From Pseudomonadota bacterium (GTDB lineage Bacteria; Campylobacterota; Campylobacteria; Campylobacterales; Sulfurimonadaceae), in contig JAZDQA010000007.1 in assembly GCA_043797085.1 (NCBI GenBank), forward strand, positions 1-64,000: a DNA stretch of 64,000 nucleotides, written 5' to 3'. Under the pieces are notes generated by a model that made no database searches, had not been told where the DNA came from, and was given only the letters and a program-made list of their open reading frames with translations. The first letter of the stretch is position 1. Each line of letters begins with the position of its first letter. Both the position numbers and the translations under genes were made by a program. Shown in pieces: positions 50,192 to 58,336 of this stretch.

Positions 50192-51959
50192 GCATATTGT
50201 AGTTGACCCCATTACCCGTATCGAAGGGCATTTGCGCATCGAAGCGGTTATCGATGATAATAACACGATTGTGGATGCTTACAGCGCATCGACAATGTTC
50301 CGTGGGATTGAAACGATTTTGCAAGGGCGTGACCCACGTGACTGTGGACTTTTGGCAATGCGTATTTGCGGTGTTTGTACGGGGACGCACTATCAGCGCT
50401 CGATCGAAGCCGTTGAGGATGCGTTTAACATCACCATCCCTAAAAATGCTCGTTTGGTACGTAATTTGATTCAAGGTGCTTTGTATGTGCATGACCATGT
50501 CGTTCACTTTTATCATCTTCATGCACTTGATTTCGTGGATGTTGTTTCCGCTCTTTCGGCAGATCCTGCAAAAACTGCTGCAGAAGCACGAAAATGGGCA
50601 ACGGTTGCCGGCGAAACACCTTTTACCGATGGTGAAAGCGAATTTAAAGCGATCCAAGATCGTGTGGCAAAATTTGTAAAACAAGGTCGTTTGGGAATTT
50701 TCGGAAACGGATATTGGGGCAATCCTCACTATAAATTGACTCCGGAACAAAACCTTATCGGGGTTGCTCACTATTTGCAAGCGTTGGATATTCAGCGTGA
50801 TATGGCGAAAATGCAGGCGATTTTGGGCGGTAAAAATCCTCATCCTCAAAGCATTGTAGTTGGCGGGGTAACGTGTGTTCAGGATATTCAAAATCCTGCT
50901 CGTTTGGCACTGTTCAAATCGCTTCTTTTGGAAGGGCGTAAATTTGTCAAGCAGGCGTATTTACCTGACGTTTATATGGCGGGGACAATGTACGCAGGCG
51001 AGGCAACGGACTCTAAAGCAACATTTACCGAACTTATGGGCGGCAAAGGGGTTGGCGGAACCGGCGGCGGATTGCTCAACTACATGAGTTACGGTGATTT
51101 CCGTCTCGATGATACCGGTTTTTACAAATCGGCACTTCTCTTCCCAAGCGGAGTTGTGATGAATGGAGATGTTTCTAAAGTTCTTCCGTTGGATGAAGAA
51201 AAAATCGTTGAAGATGTGACGCACGCATGGTACAAAGGGGACAAACCTCTCCATCCGTATGACGGGCAGACGATTCCTGAATATACCGGTTTGGATAAAC
51301 GTGCCGATGGTATCGCGTATCTTAAAACCAAAGAAAAATACAGCTGGATCAAATCACCGATTTACAATGATTCTCGCGTTGAAGTAGGACCGTTGGCACG
51401 TATGGTTATCGGTGTTGCAGCAAAAGATGAGCGTATTACAAAATACGTCACCAACTTCTTGACGCGAGGGAATCTCCCGATTGCGGTGTTGTTTAGTACG
51501 GTTGGACGTACAGCGGCACGTGCTATCGAGACGGAATTAATGGCAGATGTCATGGTGGAATGGATCGATGAACTGGCTAAAAATGTTGCATCTGGAGATA
51601 AAAGCACATGGACAGAGTTTGACTTTGATGCAGTGAGCGTCAGTGCAAAAGGTCGCGGGATGGCAGAAGCTCCTCGTGGAGCACTGGGTCACTGGGTTCG
51701 TATTGAAAACGGAAAAGTAGCCAACTATCAAGCCGTCGTCCCCTCAACATGGAATGCCGCTCCGCGTGACCACAAAGGGCGTTTAGGTGCGTATGAAGCA
51801 AGTTTGATCGGAACCAAAGTTGCCAATCCTGAGCAACCGCTTGAGATTATACGTACCATTCACAGTTTTGACCCTTGTATCGCATGTGCGGTTCACGTTG
51901 TCGATACCAAAGGTAAAGAGCTTGCTGTTTACAAAGTAGATACTGTTTGCAGTATTTAA
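50184..51959 (+). CDS. hydB: [NiFe]-hydrogenase large subunit (group 1)
   Basis: DPITRIEGH, RICGVC, DPCIACAVH plus 20-aa C-terminal extension. Confidence 0.96.
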   Translation: MSKHIVVDPITRIEGHLRIEAVIDDNNTIVDAYSASTMFRGIETILQGRDPRDCGLLAMRICGVCTGTHYQRSIEAVEDAFNITIPKNARLVRNLIQGALYVHDHVVHFYHLHALDFVDVVSALSADPAKTAAEARKWATVAGETPFTDGESEFKAIQDRVAKFVKQGRLGIFGNGYWGNPHYKLTPEQNLIGVAHYLQALDIQRDMAKMQAILGGKNPHPQSIVVGGVTCVQDIQNPARLALFKSLLLEGRKFVKQAYLPDVYMAGTMYAGEATDSKATFTELMGGKGVGGTGGGLLNYMSYGDFRLDDTGFYKSALLFPSGVVMNGDVSKVLPLDEEKIVEDVTHAWYKGDKPLHPYDGQTIPEYTGLDKRADGIAYLKTKEKYSWIKSPIYNDSRVEVGPLARMVIGVAAKDERITKYVTNFLTRGNLPIAVLFSTVGRTAARAIETELMADVMVEWIDELAKNVASGDKSTWTEFDFDAVSVSAKGRGMAEAPRGALGHWVRIENGKVANYQAVVPSTWNAAPRDHKGRLGAYEASLIGTKVANPEQPLEIIRTIHSFDPCIACAVHVVDTKGKELAVYKVDTVCSI

Positions 51960-51969
51960 GGAGCCAATC

Positions 51970-52680
51970 ATGAAACAGGGGTATACACAAGTCAAACGTA
52001 TGACACCCGCCATGCGCATTATTCATTGGGTAAATGCGATCTGTATGGTTGGAGCCGTCATCACAGGTCTTTATATCGGACATCCGTACTATCAGACGTT
52101 CATAGCGGATGGTGCGGTCGATAAGTATGTTATGGCGTGGAACCGTTATGGACATTTTATTATCGCGATTATTTTTGACGTTACATCGGTCATCATCGCG
52201 TATTTGTATTTTTTCAGCCGATTTGAAAAGCCGTATAAAAAGCTTATTCCGAATGGGAAAAATATTACCGAATTTAAAGCGGTATTGGTCAATCTCTTAA
52301 CGTTAAATCGTAAAAAAGAGTTTGATTCCTCCCATGCGGACAGTTTCAATACCGTTTATTTTACGATTTTTCATATACTTTTGATATGGATGCTTTTTAC
52401 AGGGCTTCAATTGTATGTGCATGGATTGGCGTCTGGAATCAGTTCTATTGGAGCATGGTGGCCGTGGATGCTTCATCTTGTGACAGACTGGACAATTCCT
52501 ATTACAGGCGGAAGTTTGATGGATGTTCGTATGGCTCACCATCTTACCATGTGGTTGATCGTATGCTGGGTCGTGTTTCATATATATTACCAAGTGTGGA
52601 GAACCATTTTCTGGAAAGAGGCGGATATCGCCATTGTTATCGGCGGATCTAAGTTTGTTAAAGACGATACACTAGATTAG
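51970..52680 (+). CDS. hydC: Hydrogenase b-type cytochrome subunit
   Basis: RIIHW and TM helices with heme-ligand His residues; follows hydB. Confidence 0.92.
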   Translation: MKQGYTQVKRMTPAMRIIHWVNAICMVGAVITGLYIGHPYYQTFIADGAVDKYVMAWNRYGHFIIAIIFDVTSVIIAYLYFFSRFEKPYKKLIPNGKNITEFKAVLVNLLTLNRKKEFDSSHADSFNTVYFTIFHILLIWMLFTGLQLYVHGLASGISSIGAWWPWMLHLVTDWTIPITGGSLMDVRMAHHLTMWLIVCWVVFHIYYQVWRTIFWKEADIAIVIGGSKFVKDDTLD

Positions 52681-52755
52681 AACGCCAAAGGAATAATACC
52701 CAAGGGGGCACGCCGAATCCCTTTGGCTACGCTTGCCTGCCTCTTCGAGGCAGAA
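52681..52755 (+). repeat. Repeat family A copy 3, with a 19-nt insertion and an internal deletion
   Basis: AACGCCAAAGGAATAA[TACCCAAGGGGGCACGCCG]AATCCCTTTGGCTACGC..TGCCTC..GAGGCAGA. Confidence 0.8.
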
Positions 52756-52842
52756 TATTCTATGACGAAGATTAGCTTTTTTATAATCCTCCGGTGGGAG
52801 AGCTATAAAAGAACTATGTATTTTAGTTAACAAAGGGCAATT

Positions 52843-54765
52843 ATGGCATTTACGTTAGAGGTTCTTACCTCTTTTTCTCAACCTACGATTAAAAATTATT
52901 TGATTGCGATTATCCGTACATTCGGGATTAAAGCCGTTGTTCATCAACAAAAAACAAAAATTATTTGTGCTTTTGATAGTAATGATGAAAAACTCCAAGC
53001 GTGTCTGGAAGCGATCGGTACCAATCTTCCTGCATCGTGTTTCATGAGTAAAAGTGAGTTTTACGACATCGAGGGAGAACCCCAAACGGTTCCCGATTTC
53101 GAGGTAGAATATCCGGTTGCTTTGGGATTGTGTCCTGCTTGTCAAAAAGAGATGTTTGACCCTTCCTCAAAGCGGTACTATTACCCCTTTACTCACTGTA
53201 CCCATTGCGGGGGGCAATACGCTTTTTTCGATCATTATCCTTACGAGCGACGTAATACCTCCTTTTCCTATCTGAAACCGTGTGCTACGTGTGAGCGCGA
53301 ATCCGTCAGTTTTGGACGACGAGAAAAACAGGTATTAAACTCCTGTCACGAGTGCGGTATTCCAGTAAAACTGACCCATAAAGGCAATGAACGCTACGCC
53401 AACGATGCAGGAAGTTTTCGCACGATGTTTGAAGTTGCGGCGAAAGCATTACGCGACGGTAAAACACTTTTGATGAAAACGACGATGGGGTATCGGCTCT
53501 TTTATCGTGCGGATAAACTGGAACAAGGTTCGGTTTTAATGCTGACCAATGCGATGAAAATCACAGAGTATTGTTCTCTCATCCATGATGAATTTAATGC
53601 ACTGCTGAGTATCGAGCGTCCGATTTTACACGTGGCACTCAAAGATGAAACCCTGCGAAGTACGTTTGGCTCAACCATCGATGTCAAATATCCTGATGAG
53701 GGATTTTCGATTTTACTGGGGAAAGAGTTGACACTTTTAGGACTTGATTTCATCGTCTATAAGGCATTGGAAGCACCGTGTAATGCGGATTTTTTGATGG
53801 ACTTTGATTTAAACATCCAGTCGCAAAGCGATATGCGTCTTTTTATCAACAAAGAGGTGAAGTTTATCGCTTCGGGTGAGCGTGTTTCCTTTCCTGCACG
53901 TCTCCCATTTGGTACCGATACCCTTAGTATTGCCAATGGATTGGTAGGCATTAAAGATGAAAAAGGGATGCTGTTTGATCAGATGGAACGTTTTTCTTCG
54001 GCTTCCACGCTCAAAGTCAATCAGCTCGAAACCGAAATCCCTACCGTCCAATCCGCTAATTTTCACACGATGGCGGAAGATGAAGCGTCGTTTATGTCAG
54101 TCATTGCCGAGCATAACAAATTTGGAACCAAAATCGTCGGAGCTTATTTTGAAGGGGAACCGTCGTTTTTGTATTATGATGGGAAAAAAGTGATTCGAGT
54201 CGTCCCTCCTAAACCTTTTAGCGGTGTTGATCTGAGAGAAAAAATAGGGTCACTACGTGAGGGATCAAATCGGCTTATGGAAAATATCGAAAAGAAATTT
54301 CCTGAAATCTTTGAGGTTTTGTTAGTATTAGAAAAGAGCAATGCGACCCTTTTTGAAGCGACGGCGATGATTTTGGGACTGAAAGAAAAAAGCTATGAAG
54401 GGGTAATGAAAGAAGCGCTGAAGTTTATCGGTAAAGGGGGACTGCAAATCGATACCAAAGTGCATGACAACCGATTTAACCATGTTGCCTTTTTATCCAG
54501 TATCATCAGCTATAAAATAGCGGGTGTCGATTCAGTCTATTTGAGTTATTCTATCTTCGAATCATTTGGGGATTATTTCAGCGAACTTCTCACAGAGATT
54601 AGAGGGAAAACCAAGGCAACCGATATTGTTCTTTGCGGATCGTATTTCGCGGGACAATCGCTCTTTAGCCGTCTACAGAGAAATTTGAAGGCAACCCCTG
54701 TGCTGATGAATATGAATTACCCCATTGGGAAGGAAAACTGCGTTGTTGGTGGAGTCTACTTATAA
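52843..54765 (+). CDS. HypF-like protein with zinc fingers but degenerate catalytic domains (HydE-like)
   Basis: CPAC..RYYYPFTHCTHCG, CATC, CHECG; lacks VQGVGFRP, QHH.AH and DGTG; ends like HypF (NYPIG.ENC..G). Confidence 0.7.
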   Translation: MAFTLEVLTSFSQPTIKNYLIAIIRTFGIKAVVHQQKTKIICAFDSNDEKLQACLEAIGTNLPASCFMSKSEFYDIEGEPQTVPDFEVEYPVALGLCPACQKEMFDPSSKRYYYPFTHCTHCGGQYAFFDHYPYERRNTSFSYLKPCATCERESVSFGRREKQVLNSCHECGIPVKLTHKGNERYANDAGSFRTMFEVAAKALRDGKTLLMKTTMGYRLFYRADKLEQGSVLMLTNAMKITEYCSLIHDEFNALLSIERPILHVALKDETLRSTFGSTIDVKYPDEGFSILLGKELTLLGLDFIVYKALEAPCNADFLMDFDLNIQSQSDMRLFINKEVKFIASGERVSFPARLPFGTDTLSIANGLVGIKDEKGMLFDQMERFSSASTLKVNQLETEIPTVQSANFHTMAEDEASFMSVIAEHNKFGTKIVGAYFEGEPSFLYYDGKKVIRVVPPKPFSGVDLREKIGSLREGSNRLMENIEKKFPEIFEVLLVLEKSNATLFEATAMILGLKEKSYEGVMKEALKFIGKGGLQIDTKVHDNRFNHVAFLSSIISYKIAGVDSVYLSYSIFESFGDYFSELLTEIRGKTKATDIVLCGSYFAGQSLFSRLQRNLKATPVLMNMNYPIGKENCVVGGVYL

Positions 54766-54860
54766 ACTAACGTTACACACTTTCCGAGCAAAGCCCGCAA
54801 AGTGGCAGGGACAAATGTCCCTACAACCCCCTAAAGCTACCCGTATCTTTCGAATACGGG
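54764..54860 (+). repeat. Repeat family B copy 2
   Basis: GTTAC.CACT..GAGCAAAGCCC..AGTGGCAGGGACAAA.GTCCCT..CCCCCTAAAGCTAC plus terminal hairpin; matches 30883-30975 (reverse). Confidence 0.82.
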
Positions 54861-54873
54861 AGAAGAACTATTT

Positions 54874-57135
54874 ATGATCAGTTATAAAATTACGATCAAA
54901 GGGTTAGTACAGGGGGTCGGATTCCGTCCATTTGTCTACCGCGAAGCCAAGACTCACGGAATGATGGGTTTTATCATCAACACTGCCGATGGAGTCGTTA
55001 TCGAAGCTGAAGGAGTAAACTCTGATGCTTTTATTAACGCTTTACGAGAAAATCTTCCTAAACATGCCCGTATTGATTCGATGGAAATAGTTGAGCATGA
55101 ACCGTGCGGTTATACCGATTTTGAAATACGTGAGAGTACTCTTGGCGTGGGTAGTGTTGCTATTCCTCTCGACACTGCTTTGTGTTCCGCCTGTCAAGCG
55201 GAAATGGATGACCCCTCTAATCGCCGTTACCGCTATCCGTTTATCAACTGCACCGATTGCGGTCCTCGTTACACTATCCTTCAAATCCCCCCGTATGACC
55301 GCGTTCGTACGTCGATGAAACAGTTTACGATGTGTGATGCCTGTCATGCTGAATATACCGATCCGACCTCGCGCCGTTATCATGCCGAACCTATCAGCTG
55401 TCCTGATTGCGGACCGACGTTGACGTTTTTGGACAATAAAGGGTCAGAGATAGAGGGTGATCCCATCGCGTTAGCGGTTGAGATGCTCAAAGAGGGGAAA
55501 ATTATCGCACTCAAAGGACTTGGGGGATTTCATCTGATGTGTGATGCGACTTCCGATACCGCCGTGAGTGAATTACGACTGCGCAAACATCGTAAAGCCA
55601 AGCCACTGGCCGTGATGTTTGGCTCACTTGAACAACTCCAAGAGTATGCTGTGATGGATGAAGTGGAGAAAGCGCATATCATGGGAGCTATCAAACCAAT
55701 CGTAATCGTCCATGCTAAAAACGATACAAATCTCTCGGAACACATAGCCCCTTTGATTGACCGAATCGGAGTATTTCTCCCCTATACCCCGCTTCATCGA
55801 TTGCTGTTTGAGGCTATCGATTTTCCGTTGATTGCCACCAGTGCCAACATCAGTGATGAGCCCATCATCGTCAGAACCGATGAGATTGTCCACAGACTGG
55901 GAAATGTTGTGGACGGGATTTTAAGTCATAATCGCACCATCGTCAATGCGCTCGATGACTCCGTAATCCAAATCGCGCAGGGACGTGTTGTGATGTTACG
56001 GATGGGGCGTGGATTTGCACCGCATACGCTTCTTTTGACAAACTCCATTGCGAAAAATATTTTAGCCCTCGGAGCACACCAAAAAAGTGCAATAGCTCTC
56101 GGAGTCAAAAAAAATATGGTGTTGAGCGGGCATATCGGTGATTTGGGAAGCATTGAAGCCGATGGCTATTTTGAAAAGACGATTCAAACGTTTAAACGGT
56201 TTTACGAGTGTGAACCAACACTTATGATTACCGATTTGCATCCGCATTACTCCTCAACACGCTATGCCCAAGTGCAAAAAAAAGAGCATTACGGAATCCA
56301 ACACCACTATGCGCATATACTTGCTTGTATGGGAGAATATGGTTTGGATGAAAAAGTGCTGAGCTTTGCGTTTGACGGTACGGGATACGGTGACGATGGG
56401 AAACTTTGGGGGGGAGAGGTGATGATCGCCGATACGCACGGGTTTGAACGGATCGGATTTTTAAAACCGTTTGCCCTTTTAGGCGGTGATAAAGCGATCA
56501 AAGAACCTCGCAGAATTGCGTTGTCGCTGTTGTTTGAGAGTTATAGCCTCGATGAAGTATTGGTATTGAAGTCACCCGTAACCGAAGCTTTTTTAGAGTA
56601 TGAAATCCGTCAGCTTCACCACATGTGGACTAAAAAACTTAATTCTCCGTTGAGCAGTTCGATGGGGCGGCTTTTTGATGCGGTTGCCTCATTGGGGGGA
56701 TTTATCCAAACTCTCGATTACGAAGGGCAGGGGGGGATGATTATGGAGCGTTTTGCGGATGACGCGATTACTCTACCGTTTGATTTTACTGTGACGGATA
56801 GGGAAATCGATATATCTCTTATGGTGAAACAAATTGTTGCATTAAGTACACAAAGCGATTCAAAACGGCTCATAGCCAGCCGATTTATCGCGACGGTTGA
56901 GGCGATGATGCAGTATTTTGTTAACATCTATCCTGAACTGCCAATTGTTATCGGTGGCGGGGTTTTTCAAAATCGTGCACTTATGTCTCGACTTTACCGA
57001 GATTTTGGTGAGGGAGCGTTTTATGCCCAACAGCAAACGCCGATCAATGATGGATCGATTGCATTGGGACAGCTCTATTATGCTGTGCATAATGAGTATT
57101 CTAAAGATGGATCCCCGGGTCAAGCCCGAGGATGA
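54874..57135 (+). CDS. hypF: Carbamoyltransferase HypF
   Basis: VQGVGFRP, zinc fingers, KGLGGFH, QHHYAH, DGTGYG, SSMGRLFDA, PINDG. Confidence 0.96.
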   Translation: MISYKITIKGLVQGVGFRPFVYREAKTHGMMGFIINTADGVVIEAEGVNSDAFINALRENLPKHARIDSMEIVEHEPCGYTDFEIRESTLGVGSVAIPLDTALCSACQAEMDDPSNRRYRYPFINCTDCGPRYTILQIPPYDRVRTSMKQFTMCDACHAEYTDPTSRRYHAEPISCPDCGPTLTFLDNKGSEIEGDPIALAVEMLKEGKIIALKGLGGFHLMCDATSDTAVSELRLRKHRKAKPLAVMFGSLEQLQEYAVMDEVEKAHIMGAIKPIVIVHAKNDTNLSEHIAPLIDRIGVFLPYTPLHRLLFEAIDFPLIATSANISDEPIIVRTDEIVHRLGNVVDGILSHNRTIVNALDDSVIQIAQGRVVMLRMGRGFAPHTLLLTNSIAKNILALGAHQKSAIALGVKKNMVLSGHIGDLGSIEADGYFEKTIQTFKRFYECEPTLMITDLHPHYSSTRYAQVQKKEHYGIQHHYAHILACMGEYGLDEKVLSFAFDGTGYGDDGKLWGGEVMIADTHGFERIGFLKPFALLGGDKAIKEPRRIALSLLFESYSLDEVLVLKSPVTEAFLEYEIRQLHHMWTKKLNSPLSSSMGRLFDAVASLGGFIQTLDYEGQGGMIMERFADDAITLPFDFTVTDREIDISLMVKQIVALSTQSDSKRLIASRFIATVEAMMQYFVNIYPELPIVIGGGVFQNRALMSRLYRDFGEGAFYAQQQTPINDGSIALGQLYYAVHNEYSKDGSPGQARG

Positions 57136-57192
57136 CGAGCTATTGTCATTCCCGCGTAGGCGGGCGAAGTGCCCGTTAGGGTGAATCCAGCT
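57108..57192. repeat. Pair of CGTC-type REP palindromes, the second interrupted by a 19-nt insertion
   Basis: GGATCCCCGGGTCAAGCCCGAGGATGACG, then GTCATTCCCGCGTAGGCGGG[CGAAGTGCCCGTTAGGGTG]AATCCAGCT. Confidence 0.78.
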
Positions 57193-57215
57193 AAATTTTA
57201 CACTAAAGGAAAAAA

Positions 57216-57773
57216 ATGAACGCTAAAGTAGCATTGATAGGATCAGGAAACGCATTTTTTATGGATGAGGGGATTGGGCTTTATGCTGGTAAGTATCTCA
57301 AAGAAAATTTTACGTTTGCACCTGAATTGGACATTATCGATGGTGGGACGCTTGGGTTTGGGTTGATGCCTTTGTTGCAAGAGTATGAAGTTGTGATTAT
57401 TGCCAATACCAGTTCTGATGATGACAAAATAATCGGAAGTATTGATGTCTTAAGCGGTGATGAACTCATCGCCAATCAAGGGATCAAAAAAACGGCAAAT
57501 GAAGTCGAGATTACCGAAATGCTCCAAATTTGCTCGATGGCAAACCATTGTGCGCAAACCACGATGGTGAGTATCGTCCCTGAAGATATTATCAGCGTTC
57601 ATGTTGGGGTAACACCTGCTTTGCGCGAAAAATGGCTAGAATATATTGATGTTATTGTGGATGAACTGGCAAAATGCGGGATCAGCAGTACACAAAAAGA
57701 GTCTGTGATGGGATTGGATGAGATACTTGAACAGTTTGCAAACCCCAGTATCGAACACGGCAAAGGGTTTTAA
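57216..57773 (+). CDS. Hydrogenase maturation protease paralogue 1 (HydD/HyaD family)
   Basis: IGSGN....DEGIG, IDGGT, TANEV. Confidence 0.85.
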   Translation: MNAKVALIGSGNAFFMDEGIGLYAGKYLKENFTFAPELDIIDGGTLGFGLMPLLQEYEVVIIANTSSDDDKIIGSIDVLSGDELIANQGIKKTANEVEITEMLQICSMANHCAQTTMVSIVPEDIISVHVGVTPALREKWLEYIDVIVDELAKCGISSTQKESVMGLDEILEQFANPSIEHGKGF

Positions 57774-58336
57774 TGTCGATCGTTGTATTGGGTGTCGGGA
57801 ATGTGCTTGAAGAGGATGACGGTGTCGGGATATATGCGTGTGCTTATCTAAATGCCAACTATACGTTCACCTCTGACATAGAGATCATCAACGGAGGAGT
57901 GGAGGGGATCAATCTCCTCAATCTCTTTTTGGAGAACGACCATATCATTATCCTCGACACGATCAATCTCGATGACAGTGCAGGGAGTATCTACAATATC
58001 CCATCCTACGAACTCAGCGGTTATGGGCTCAATAGCGGCGGTGCGCATGAAGTGGGGGTGATGCAGTGTTTGGATATGATCGAGCTGATGGGAAAACCGC
58101 TTCCAAAATCGAATGTATTGGGGATTGTCCCTGCAACCATTTCGTTTCGTATGGGACTAAGTCCAGAACTCAGCAGCCAGTTTGATAGCTATATTGGAGC
58201 GATTGTAAACTATCTCAAAAGCTGTGAGATCGAGATCATCTCCAAAGAGACGAGAACTACGCTCCAAGAAATTATAGACACGTTTAAATATCCTGCTCGT
58301 TTTGATCCTGCACTAAAAACGTCTCAAATTCTGTAA
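57773..58336 (+). CDS. hydD: Hydrogenase maturation protease paralogue 2
   Basis: LGVGN....DDGVG, IILD, GAHEV. Confidence 0.88.
   Translation: MSIVVLGVGNVLEEDDGVGIYACAYLNANYTFTSDIEIINGGVEGINLLNLFLENDHIIILDTINLDDSAGSIYNIPSYELSGYGLNSGGAHEVGVMQCLDMIELMGKPLPKSNVLGIVPATISFRMGLSPELSSQFDSYIGAIVNYLKSCEIEIISKETRTTLQEIIDTFKYPARFDPALKTSQIL

Noticed and set aside
46767..51959. Selenocysteine ([NiFeSe]) hydrogenase or stop-codon readthrough
   Set aside because: Both large subunits have Cys at all four ligand positions and no in-frame TGA.
58284..58336. 53-bp convergent overlap of protease 2 and the GGDEF-EAL gene as a regulatory device
   Set aside because: Only non-conserved tails overlap; most simply explained by juxtaposition and stop-codon drift.
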